Positions 37,501 to 49,315 of a DNA stretch of 64,000 nt are shown piece after piece. Location of the stretch: contig NC_086108.1 of the NCBI RefSeq assembly GCF_963921235.1, positions 15,686,001 to 15,750,000 of the forward strand. The letters run 5' to 3'. The translations under genes and the position numbers were made by a program. Numbering within the stretch: the first letter of the stretch is position 1; each line of letters starts with the position of its first letter. The notes beneath the pieces are model-generated. The model did no database searches. It worked only from the letters and a program-made list of their open reading frames with translations, and was not told the DNA's origin. Source of the stretch: Mobula hypostoma (taxonomy: Eukaryota).

Positions 37501-38800
37501 TTTATTACTTTGGTACTTCAATTGTGTTCGGATGAAATTTGTTCTCTGTCTTGGACTTTCAGTTCCCTGTCCTGACATGACACTCCTCCAGTTGGTACTA
37601 ATTTTTCAATCTAATCTATTCATATCTCTTGGTTGTACTGATGGTCCCGACTAAGATGCTGACGTATCAGTAAGGCTACCCCTCTCCCTCGAGCACTGGA
37701 GCCTGCTACCTGCAGGAATACATGATAAGCATTTTAAGAGAGAATCCAAGCACAGAACTACACCCAGTAACAGTCACACCTTCAGACGAGGATGGGAAGA
37801 GGGGCAGTGGAATTGTTCTCAAGTGGAGTTAGCAGGAAAGGAAGGCAATGAGATGGAAAAAGTGTCAATCACTGCTGGAGAGCGACAGGACTGAAGCCAA
37901 GGGAAAGCCTGTACTATGAGGGGGAGGGAGTACTCCTCAACAGCTTCAGCAAGGAAGGGATCACTTCAAACCAAAAAAGAACCAGTAGCATTGTAACAGT
38001 GAGAACTGGTAAAAATTAACCACATCATAAAAACAACAAACTCATGAATGAGTCAGACAGCACCTTTCCCATCCTGAAAATTGCAATGTTATGACCACTA
38101 TCCTTGTCTTATTATATCTGGAAGATGGCATCAATCAGTGATGTTTTTTAAAAAAAGAACACTTCCTGAAGGTCTGGCCTAACTCATGAAATTGATCATT
38201 TATGCATTCGACCCCCATGTTACCACAAGACACAGAAGCAGAATTAGGCTATTTGGCCATCTGATCTGGTCTGCTATTCCATTGTGGCTGATTCCGGATT
38301 CCACTCAACCCCATCCACCTGCCTTCTGGCCATATCCTTTGATGCTGTGACCAATCAGGAAACTATCAACTTCCGCCTTAAATATACCCACGGACTTGGT
38401 TTCCACCACAGTCTGTGGCAGAACATTCCACGGATTCATCACTGTCTGGCAAAAAAAATTCCTCCTTGCCTCAATTTAGAGGCTGTGCCCGCAAGTTCTG
38501 GATACCCCCACCATAGGACACATACTCCCAACATCTACCATATCTAGTGCTTTCAACATTCATTAGGTCCCCCCACATTCTTCTAAATTCCAGAGAGAAA
38601 GCTGCCAAACACTCCTCATATGTTAACCCGTCATTCACGGAATCATCTTTGTGAACCTTCTCTGGACTCTTTCCAATGACAACACATCCTTTCTGAGATA
38701 TAGGGCCTAAAACTGTTGACAATACCCCAAGTGCGGCCTGACTGGTGCCTTATAAAGGCTCAACATTATCTCCTTGCATTTATATTCTATTCCCCTTGAA

Positions 38801-39701
38801 ATACTTTATATACTTTATACTTTATTGTCGCCAAACAATTGATGTTAGAGCGTACAATCATCACAGTGATATTTGATTCTGCGCTTCCTGCTCCCTGGAG
38901 TACAAATCGATAGTAAATAATAAAAATTTAAATTATAAATCATAAATTGAAAATAGAAAAGGGAAAGTAAGGTAGTGCAAAAAAACCGAGAGGCAGGTCC
39001 GGATATTTGGAGGGTATGGCCCAGATCCGAATCAGGATCCGTTCAGCAGTCTCATCACAGTTGGAAAGAAGCTGTTCCCAGATCTGGCCATACGAGGCTT
39101 CAAGCTCCTGAACCTTCTCCCGGAGGGAAGAGGGACGAAAAGTGTGTTGGCTGGGTGGGTCGTGTCCTTGATTATCCTAGCAGCACTGCTCCAACAGTGT
39201 GCGGTGTAAAGTGAGTCCAAGGATGGAAGATTGGTTTGTGTGATGTGCTGGGCTGTGTTCATGATCTTCTGCAGCTTCTTCTGCTCTTGGACAGGACAAC
39301 TTCCATACCAGGTTGCGATGCACCCCAGAAGAATGCTTTCTACGGTGCATCTATAAAAATTAGTGAGCATTTTAGGGGACAGACCAAATTTCCTTAGCTT
39401 CCTCAGGAAGTAAAGGTGGGTCTTCTTGGCAGTGGACTCTGCTTGGTTGGACCAAGTCAGGTCATTTGTGATATTGACCCCGAGGAACTTAAAGCTTTTG
39501 ACCTGTTCCACTTGCACACCACCGATGTAAATGGGGTCATGCGGTCCGCTACTCCTGAAGTCAACAACCAATTCCTTCATCTTGCTGACATTGAGAGATA
39601 GGTTATTGTCTTCGCACCATGCCACCGGTTTCTTAATTTCCTCTCTGTACTCAAACTCATCATTACCCGAGATAAGGCCTACAATTGTGGTGTCATCAGC
39701 C
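38801..39701 (-). mobile_element. Young Rex1/Babar LINE 3' fragment, (TAAAGTA)n-type tail
   Basis: An open ORF runs from [11 protein letters not shown] to LPSGRRFRSL (39032-39700). The tail ATACTTTATATACTTTATACTTT is at 38801. Confidence 0.92.
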
Positions 39702-40420
39702 AATGCCAATAAATGCCAAAATTGCATTTGTCTTTTTTACCACAGGCTCCACCTGTAAATTAACCTTCTGGGAGTCTTGCACAAGGACTCCAAAGTCCCT
39801 TTGCATCTCTGATGTCTGAATCTTCTCCCCATTTAGATAATAGCCTGCACTATTGTTCCTTTTACCAAAATGCATGATCATACATTTTCCAACACTGCAT
39901 TCCATCTGCCACTTTTTTGCCCATTCTTTCAATCTGTCCAAGTCCTGCTGCAATCACATTGCTTCCTCAGCACTACCTACCACTCCACCTATCTTTGTAT
40001 CATCCACAAACTTTGCCACAAAACCATCATTTCCATTATCCAAATCATTGACAAACAATGTGAAAAGTAGTGGTCCCAATACTGACCCCTGAGGAACACC
40101 AGTAGTCACTGGCAGCCAACCAGAAAAGGTCCCTTTTATTCCCACTCACTGTCTCCTGTCTGTCAACCATTCCTCTGTCCATGCCTGTATCTTACCTGTA
40201 ATGCCATAGGATTTTATCTTGTCAAGCAGCCTCGTGTGTGGCACCTTACAAATACCTTCTGAAAATCTAAGTAAATAACATCCACTCTGCTTGTTACTTC
40301 CTCAAAGAACTTTAACAGATTTGTCGGGCAAGATTTCCCTTTACAGAAACCATGCTGGCTTTGACTTATTTTATCATTAGTCTCCAAGTACCCTGAAACC
40401 TCATCCATAATAATACACTT

Positions 40421-41735
40421 TGTCACGTGACCAGCAACAATGAACATATAATTGAGTCAAGTTTTATAAACAAACATAAACATTTATTAAACTCTGCTCA
40501 ACAATAGCGAAAAGTATTCAAATAACTAACTTACCCGGAAGTTAACTGCTATACGGTAACTCTGGAACAGTTCTTAAAATGGTAAATTGGAATGTCCAAG
40601 TGATTTAGATTAGATTAGATTAGATTAGATTCAACTTATTGTCATTGTGCAGAGTACAGATACAAAGCCAATGAAATGCATTTAGCATCTGACCAGAAAT
40701 GCAAAGAATAATGTTATTTACAAAATAACTGCGAATAAAAAAAGTGCTACAGCTCACAAATATAAAAGTACTGAGACAGTGCAATACGGATGCAGTACTG
40801 TTTAGCGCTGTGATGTGAGGTTCAGCAGTGTCACAGCCTCAGGGAAGAAGCTCTTCTTGTGCTTGCTGGTGCCTACTGGATGGGAGGAGAGTAAAAAGTC
40901 CATGGTAAGGGTGAGATGCATCCCTGATAATGCTTTTTGCCCTGCCCAAGCAGAGTTTATGGTAGATGTTCTCAATGGTGGGCAATTGTGTGCCGATAAT
41001 CCACTGGGCAGTTTTCACCACATGCTGGAGTGCTTTGCGGTCCGATACGGGACTACTGAGATGCAGTTGGTGAGTATGCTCTCAATGGTACAACGGTAAA
41101 AGTCCATCAGTATCCTGGAACAGAGGTGAGTTTTCTTCATGCTCCGCAGGAAATAAAGCGCTGTTGTGCCTTTTTGATCAGGGTGGAGGAGTTCAGTTTG
41201 GAAAGACTTACACAGTCAATTAGGAGAGACTTCTCAGGAAACGGATTTCTTCGAAGACGTGACATTACTGCTGATTCTCCAAGGATTCACGATGGAGGAA
41301 ATAAAACGGCTTAAAGGAACTGACCTTTTTCTCGCAAGTGAACACTGCATAAACTTCCCTGATCTTGCAGGAGTTATCTCAGATGCAGGTCACTATTTCT
41401 GAACAAAGATTCAATAAGGTCGATCCTGTATTAAACTGCTGAACGACACCAACTTTACTCGATCCTTCAGGTTCCTGTACTTTAGTAAGGTCTTCACCCT
41501 CCAATACTAGTGCGTCATGATAGGAATATGCAGCATAATGGAGTAACTGTCGAATTAACTGACGAACTAAATTGAAATCTGCGTAACAACAGGGATTTCC
41601 CGTTATATACCTGTTGGGAATGTGTCATCAGGTGACCGCACACTGGCGGGAAAATTACATCACCCCACCATCACAAGATACTCAATTACATCATGGTCAT
41701 AAGACAGTCACAAGATACCCACGAGGTATGTAACA
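40421..41735 (-). mobile_element. Solo LTR (second family) containing a Rex1 insertion
   Basis: Termini are TGTCAC...GTAACA with a 4-bp TSD ACTT (40417-40420, 41736-41739). The minus strand has AATAAA at 40483-40488 and TATATAA at 41603-41609. The host CR1 rejoins across it. Confidence 0.88.
40605..41195 (-). mobile_element. Rex1/Babar 3' fragment with (TCTAA)n tail nested in the solo LTR
   Basis: (TTAGA)5 lies at ~40605-40630. ORF 40839-41021 contains RAKSIIRDASHPYHGLFTLLPS. Confidence 0.88.
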
Positions 41736-41849
41736 ACTTCACACTTTCCCAACCACTGAGATTAGACTAATTAGCCTATAATTTCCTTTCTTTTGCCTTC
41801 CTCCCTTCTTAAAAAGTGGAGTGACATCTGCAATCTTCCAGTCCTCCAG

Positions 41850-41877
41850 GATTATATTATGGAGGAATATATTATAA

Positions 41878-41918
<41 letters not shown>

Positions 41919-41948
41919 GGAGAGATTATATACATAATATGTTATATT
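41850..41948. repeat. AT-rich low-complexity / (TA)n expansion inside CR1
   Basis: A (TA)n run at ~41885-41912 with degenerate ATTAT flanks interrupts otherwise continuous CR1 sequence. Confidence 0.9.
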
Positions 41949-44268
41949 TTGCCAGAATCAAGTGATTCTAGAAAGATCATTACCAGTGCATCTGTTATCT
42001 CTTTAGCAACCTCTCTCAGGACTCTGGGATGTAGTCCATCTGATTCAGGTGACTTATGCACTTTAAGATGTTTGAGTTTGCACTTTTTCCTTTGTAATAG
42101 CAATGGCACTCACTCCTGCTCCCTGACACCCACGGACCTCTGGCACACTGCTAGCGTCTTCCATAGTGAAGATAGATGCAAAGTATCCATTTAGTTCATC
42201 TGCCATTTCTTTGTCCCAAGTTATTACTTCTTCTGTGGGGCATATTTATCCTGCACCTTATGAACTATTCCCAGAAACTTCAGCCATCTCTGCTCTGCTG
42301 TCATCCCTGCCAGTATCCTCCTCCAGTCCACCTGGGCAAGCTCCTCTCTCATGCCTCTGTAATTCCCTCTGTTCTATTGTGATGCTGATATATGTGACTT
42401 ATGCTTCTCCCTCTCAAATTGCAGTATGCATTCAATCAAATTATGATCACTACCTCTTAAGGGTTCCTTTACATTAATATCTGGGTTATTACACAGCACC
42501 CAATCTAAGTTAGCCTTTCCCCGAGTAGGCTCAAGCACAATCTGCTCGAAAAATCCATCTCATAGGCATTCAACAAGTTCCCTCTCTTACGATCCGACAC
42601 CAACCTAATTTGCCCAATCCCCTTGCATATTGAAGTCCTCCATTACAATTGCACCATTACCCTTATTACATATCTTTTCCAGCTCCCTTTGCAATCTCAA
42701 CCCTACATCTTAGCTACTATATGGAGGCCTATATATGATTCCCATAATTTTTTTTTACCCTTGCAGTTTTTTAACTCCACCCATAAAGATTCAACAGTCT
42801 CTGACCCTTTGTCACCTCATTCTAAAGATGTAATTCCACCTCTTAACAACAGAACCACACCACCGCCTCTAACTTCCTGCTGTCCTTTAGGATATAAGGT
42901 ATATCCTTTGACATTAAACTCCCAACTATGGCGTTCTTTCCGCCACGGCTCAGTGATGCTCACAATGTCATACTGACCAGTCTCTAATTTTGCACGAGTT
43001 CATCCATCTTATTCTGAATGCTATGCGCATTTAAATACAGCACTGTAAACCCTGCATTCTTTGCCCTTCTGAATTTTGCCCCTGTGGTGCAATCGAACTT
43101 TTTGCAATCATTGACTTGTCCTTCCTTCATATATCCATCATCTACATGTAAACCTGCTGGCTCATCCTCAGCTCTATCATCCTGGTTCCCATCTCCCGCC
43201 ATATTAGTTTAAACCACTCCCAACAGCTCTAGTAATCCTGTTCGCAAGGCTGTTGTCCCTTTTGTACAGGTCCCACCTGCCCCAGAAGAAGTCCCAATTA
43301 TCCAGAAGTCTGAATTCCTGCCCCCGCTCCAATTCTTCTGCCACCTCATTTTATTCCTATCCTTACTGTCATACGGCACAGGCAGCAGTCCCGGGATTAC
43401 TACCCGTGAGGTCCTACTTCTCAGCTTCCTTCCTAACTCCCTGTATTCTTTTTTCAGGACCTCCTCCCTTTTTCTACCAATGTCATTGATACCAATATGT
43501 ATCATGACTTGTGGCTGCTCATCCTCCCTTTTCAGGATATTGTGGACACGTTCAAAAACATCGCAGACCCTGGCACCTGGGAGGCAAGCTAATTCATGTT
43601 TCCTTTTGTGTTCACAGAATCACCTATCTGTCCCCCCGACTATAGGGTTCCCCTATCACTGCTGTCATCCTCTTCAGTTCCTTACCCTTCTGAGCTAAAG
43701 GGCCAGACTCAGTGCCAGAGGCACGGTGGCTGTTGTTCCCCCCAGGTAGGTCATCCCCCCTCTCCCCCAACAGTACTCAAAATGGAGTACTTATTGTTGA
43801 GAGGCGTGGCCACAGGGGTGCTCTCCACTATCTGATGTTCTCCCTTCCCTCTCCTGACAGTCACCCATTTATCTGTCTCCTATAGCCTTGAGGTGACTAC
43901 CTCCCTGGAGCTCCTGTCTGTCACTGCTTCGCTTTCCCTAACAAGCACGAGGTCATCGAGCTGCAGCTCCAGTTCCCGAACACGGTCTTTAAGGAGCTGC
44001 ATCACAATGCACCTGGAGCAGATGTGGCCATCAAGAGGCTGGAAATTTCCTGGAACTTTCACATCAGAGCAAGACACTAGCTCTGTAGACATTCCCCCTA
44101 TACTCTGAAGATTTAAATAGGAAACAAGGAATGAGTTTACCTACTTACCTTGCCTCTGCCTGTTCTCACCGAAGCTCTGTTGAGCCAAAGCCTTACTATT
44201 CTGACTCAAGACTACTCCAATGACTGCTCCGCTAGGCGGTACCTCTCTTTTATCGAGACTGGGTTTTT

Positions 44269-44520
44269 AAAGCACTTTGCCAGTCTTGCGCGGGACCAAT
44301 TCTGTTTCATCTGCACAGTACTCCAATCAATGACTCCCATCGAGAAAACTTCCTGATTTTCAAAGCTCTTTGCTGGACCTACGCAGGAACGCTTCTTTTG
44401 CATCTTTACAGTATTCCAATCAATGACTCCCATCGAAAAACTTCCTGCTTCATAAAGCTCTTTGCCGGACCAGCACGGGATCGTTTTTGGTGTGTCTGCA
44501 TAGTACTCCAGTCAATGACT
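44269..44520. repeat. Tandem repeat, ~2.7 units of 92-93 bp
   Basis: Units start with AAAGC at 44269, 44362 and 44454 and share TCCArTCAATGACT. The first two continue CCCATCGA...AAAACTTCCTG. Confidence 0.92.
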
Positions 44521-45689
44521 GGAGTTACAGTGGGGTTGTGTTCCTAAAAATCTCTCCGTATAGTAAATTTCCATAACTTGAATCCTATCTTTTGCATTCC
44601 TATGGGATGTTTTTTCTCTCAACAGTAACAATGAGTACCACAGCTGCTGGCTCAGGGCACAAAGAAATTCGCTTTTGAAACTGTCAAGGCAATCTCCTAA
44701 GTCGTCAGCTGCTGTGTTTGGAGGCATATGAGATTGCAGATGCTTATCACATTCCAGAATTCAGTCTACGTTGAAACATAGCACTTTAAACAGAATCAGA
44801 ATCAGGCTTAATATCACTGGCATATGTCATGAAGTTTGTTGTCTTTGTGGCAGCAGTCCAACGCAGTACATAGTAATAGAAAAAAGCTGTGAATTATAGA
44901 AAGTATATATATTAAATAGTTAAATAAGTAGTGCAAAGATAAACAAAAATGTTGTGAGGTCATATTCATGGGTTCAATGTTCATTTAGAAATCGGATGGC
45001 AAAGAGGAAGAAGCTGTTGCTGAACTTACTGACATCTTGGAAAACACTTGAGGAAGTAAATAAATATACTGGGCAATAAAATGAACTATCTGTGCTTAAA
45101 AACACAATATTTTCTGCACATGCATCAAGAAATGAGAGTTGAATATAATAAAAAACAGAATGTCTTGTTTCTTCCCCATTTGTCGTTGTGGAAGGTATGC
45201 TATTTTAGTTTACAGATGACATGAAGATTGGTGGCAGTGTGAATTGTAAAGAAATTTTTAAGGTTACACATTCAGATGGAATGTGCATTGGCAAATGGAA
45301 TTTGATCCCTGCAAATCTGAAGCATTGAATTTTGGGAAGTCAGATGAGGGTTAGACAAGTACATGTTTAATTTTTTCACGCTTAAGTTTACATGAGAACA
45401 AATTTTATTCCATAGGTCAGATTTTTGTAGTGATTTGCGAATTCCATAAGGGTGAATGTCAATAACCGAAATGGCTATAACACAGATCACCTGAACACAG
45501 GTTGTTGTGCTCATAGTAAATTCAGTGGCTTGCTTCACTGATTGGGCTGCTCCTGAGCTCCATCCACTGGTGCTTTCAAATATCAGAGATGAGCAAATTT
45601 GGAAGAGGCACAAAGTGATGAGGTGATTGGTGTGTGAATATACTTTTTGGCCAATTACCGCATGTAGTCAGGCAATCTGTGATTGTTCC

Positions 45690-46570
45690 AAGCAGGGGGG
45701 CTCAGAAGGACAGACAGATTAGGAGAATGGGCAAAGTGGCAGATGGAATACAGTGTTGAGAAGTGTGTGGTTATGCACTTTGGGAGAAGGAATAAAAACA
45801 CAGACTATTTTCTGAACAGGGAGAAAATTCAAAAATTTAAGATGCAAAGGGACTTGGGAGTTACCATGCAGGATTCCCTAAAGGAAGATTGAATCGGTTG
45901 TAAAGGAAGCAAATGCAATGTTAACATTTATTTTGAGAGGACTAGAATATAAAAACAATGATGTAATTCTGAGGCTTTATAAGACAGTGGTAAGGCCTCA
46001 GTTGGAGTATTGTGAGCAGTTTTGGGCCCCTTGTCTGAGAAAGGATGTGCTAACATCAGAGAGTGTTCAAAGGAGGTGCACAAAAATGATTCAGGGAACG
46101 CAAGGCTTATCACATGAGGAGCATTAGACAGCTCTAGGCCTGTACTCGCTGGAATTCAGAAGAATGAAGGGTGATCACCTGAAACCTGTCAAATGTTGAA
46201 AGGCATAGATTGAGTGGATGTGGAGAGAATGTTTCCTATAGTGGGGCAGTATGGGACCAGAAGGCACAACCTCAGAATAGAGGGATGTCCATCTAGAATG
46301 GAGGTTAGGAGGAATTTCTTTAGCCAGAGAGTGGTGAATATGTGGAATTTGTTGCTACGGTGCATCCAGGGGCCGGTGAATGCCAGATCATTGGGTGTAT
46401 TTTTAAGGTGAAAGTTGATAGATTCTTGATAAGTCAGGGTGTGAAAAGCTTCTGACAAAGACAGGAGAATGAGGCTGAGAAGGAAATGGATCAGCTGTGT
46501 TCAAATGGCGGTGCAGACTCTATGGGCCGTATAGCCTAATTCTGCTCTTTTGTCTTCTGGTCTTATGGAT
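45690..46570 (+). mobile_element. CR1 3' fragment
   Basis: Motifs include DRLGEWAKWQMEYSVEKC, LRLYKTVVRPQLEYC and RRNFFSQRVVNMWN. Confidence 0.88.
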
Positions 46571-47076
46571 TGTGAACCTGCAAGAAATATTTGATACTGA
46601 AGAATTCTTGATTGCCTTATGCTGCTGGGATGCACTGGATATTATCTGTGGAAGACTGACTGGCACAGTCTTTCATGACTGCCAGAGCAAGAACCAGGCA
46701 TTTAAACCTTACCCTTCATAACCTCCCAACATAGACCATAATGCAACCATTCAGGATACTTGCAATAGTTCATCTGTAGAAGCTTATTAAGAATTCAGTT
46801 ACAACCTAAACTTCCTTAATCTCCCAAGAAAGTAAAGATGCTGATGCGCTTTCCTTGTGTTTGCATCTATCTACTGGGTACGGGACAGATAATCTGATAT
46901 GTTAACACCCAGAGTCAGAAGAATCAAAGACAACATAGGTGTAAAAGCAGGAGTTTACAAGAAGATGATCCAGAGGGAATTATCCTAAATTTTATCTTTA
47001 GCAGTGTTTGATGATATTTAAAGGAGTCAATGGTTATATCCAAGTTTTAACATTGCTTTTTTTTTTGTTTTTTCAG

Positions 47077-47118
47077 GGACTCAGCATCATTTTCAATGTG
47101 GCCCTGGCTCTGCTGAAG
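47077..47118 (+). CDS. RABGAP1L: Single 42-nt internal coding exon of a Rab GTPase-activating protein (RABGAP1L, or paralog RABGAP1), TBC-domain C-terminal helix
   Basis: A long polypyrimidine tract with a TTTCAG acceptor and an AAG|GTAAGA donor frame a phase 0-0 exon. The peptide GLSIIFNVALALLK compares with recalled RABGAP1L GLNIIFHVALALLK (12/14) and RABGAP1 GISVIFNVALGLLK (11/14), so the paralog choice is not secure. Confidence 0.8.
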
Positions 47119-47409
47119 GTAAGATGGAAAAATAGAAACAAACACTAACCACTTTTAAGATAAGATTAGCTCTATTTGTCTATTTGAAACATATCATCAA
47201 TCAATCACAATCAAAACAGTCCCAGGATGTGCTGGGGCAGCCATGTTTTTGGCACCAACATGGCACATCCACAACTTACTAACCCTAATTTTGTCACGTT
47301 ATCCAGTCTAGCACTCTAGAACACACACTTCCTGAGGTGGATTGTAATTGATCTGTTTAAATCAAAAGTTAAAAATCTTTGTATGACACAGAATCAGTTT
47401 ATATTGTTA

Positions 47410-48370
47410 AATGGGCTTGATGGTAGGAGGCAGAGGGTAATGATGTGTTTTTCTCACTGGAACTCTGTAACAAGTTGTGTATTGCAGGGATCAGTGCTGG
47501 GACCTGGATAATAAATGACTTGGATTGGAATGTTGGTATATGTTTAGTAAATTAGCAAATATTGATAGAGTTGTAGATTGCAAGGAAAATTATCTAAGTA
47601 CACAGTGGACCATAGATCAGTTTAGTAAATCGAGCAGAGTAGTGGAAGATGGCATTTAGTTCAGACAAGTGTGACGTGATGCACTGAGGAATGTCAAATT
47701 TATAGGACATACAGTGAGAACTTGGGGTGCAAGTTCATAGCTGCCTGAAACTTGTAATACAGATAGATAGAGTAGTGAATAAGCCATTAGATATGCTGTC
47801 TCCATAGTCTGAGGCATTGAGCATAGGAGTTGGGATGTCATGTTGCAGCTGTACAAAATATTGTTTAGTTCACACTTGGAGTGTATACAGTCATGGTTTT
47901 GACACTGCAAGAATGTGGTAGCAATAGAGTGCAGAGATTCACCAGAATGTTTATCAGCATGGACTGCCTTAATTATGAGAGATTGGATAGGCTGGCTTTA
48001 TTCTCACTGGAATGTAGGAGGCCAAGGGATGATCTTAGAGGTTTGTAAAATCAAGATGGGCAGAGAGGCATAGAGAGGGTGGATAAGCCAGAATCATTTT
48101 CCCAGGTCAGGGGAGTCTAGAACTAGAGGATATAGATTTAAGTTGAGAGGGGAAAAATTTAAAAAGTACCTGAAGACAAGGTTTTCACACAGAGGATGGT
48201 GGTTACCTGGACCAAGCTGCCAGGGGAGGTGGTGGAGGAAGATACAACTATAATGTTTCAAAGGCATTTAGACAGGTATTTGGCTAAGAAAGGCATAAAG
48301 GGATGTGACATTAGTGTGAACAGCATCATGGATGCCTGTCAACATGGTTAAGGATGAAATGTACATTTCT
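47410..48370 (+). mobile_element. Degenerate CR1 RT/3' fragment
   Basis: CAGGGATCAGTGCTGGGACC (QGSVLGP) is followed by the CR1 3' region to ~48370. Confidence 0.8.
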
Positions 48371-48784
48371 ATGCTTATCAGAAGAAGGATTGGTGATTGA
48401 TCACACTGGGCTATCTCTGGGCTTGACCTGATATTTGTAACTTCACAACTCAATCTCAATTTTATTTTAAAATTCAACTTCTTAATGGTAACTCTCTTTC
48501 CCAGTCTTCATTGTCAACGTACTTTGCTGCCAATCTCTGCCATTTGTAAAATTGCCATGTCCGTTATTAAAATATCCTTGGATTCATGCACCTTACTGTT
48601 GATGTGTGTGTTTCAACATCTTTTTCTACTTTTTTTTTCTTATGTAATTCCATCTTTGTGATGACTCACCACATTTCCTCAGATGGAAATGCTGACTTTA
48701 GGTAAAACATTTTCCTTCATTTCCCATCTTTTCATGCAGCATGAAAATTGTGCTTAGACACTTATAGTGTATCAGTGTATTGAG

Positions 48785-49315
48785 TCATATAGAATGGAAG
48801 CAGCTAATCCTGCATTTGGCCCATATCCCTCTAAGCCTTCCTATCTATGTACCTGTCCAAGTACATTTTAAATGTTGATAATGTACCTCCCTGAACCACT
48901 TCTTCTAGTAGCTCATTCCAAATATCAAAGTTCAAAGTAAATTTATTATCAAAGTACATATATGTCATCATATATTACCACCCTCTGGGTGGAAAAATTG
49001 CCACTCAATTCCTGTTAAATCTCTCCCCTGTCACCTTAAATCTATACCCTCTAATTCTTGATTCCTCAACCCTGAGAAAAAGACTGCTTCTATTCACCCT
49101 ATCTCTGTCCCACATGGTTTTATAATTCTCTGTAAGATCACCCGTCATTCTCCTATGCTCCAGTGAATAAAGTGCCAGACTGCTCAACCTCTCTCCATAG
49201 CTCAGTCCCTCAAGTCCTAACAATATCTTCATATACCTTTTTTTGCACTTTTTTCGGCTTAATGGCATCTTTCCTATAGTAGGGTTACCAATACTGAACA
49301 CAGTAATTCAATATG
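48785..49315 (-). mobile_element. CR1 3' fragment
   Basis: ORF 49005-49301 reads LEGLSYGERL...YSLEHRRMTGDL...RGYRFKV. Confidence 0.8.

Larger units (their letters stand above)
38223..44520 (-). mobile_element. Near-full-length CR1 LINE (ORF1 + ORF2, decayed) carrying nested Rex1 and solo LTR insertions and 5' tandem repeats
   Basis: The 3' tail is at 38223. RT pieces lie at 39696-40447 and YLNAHSIQNK at ~43000. ORF1 has the esterase motif HIGINDIGRK...SRVVIPGLLPVP (43209-43505) and a zinc finger/zipper HICSRC...VRELELQLDDL (43880-44092). Confidence 0.88.

Noticed and set aside
37720..38010. Purine-rich, coding-looking stretch
   Set aside because: The reading frame I tested stops after ~36 codons, and I see no clear splice signals or recognisable homology.
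44269..44520. Possible CRISPR-like repeat-spacer array
   Set aside because: The whole unit is homologous between copies with no unique spacers, there are no cas genes and the context is vertebrate.
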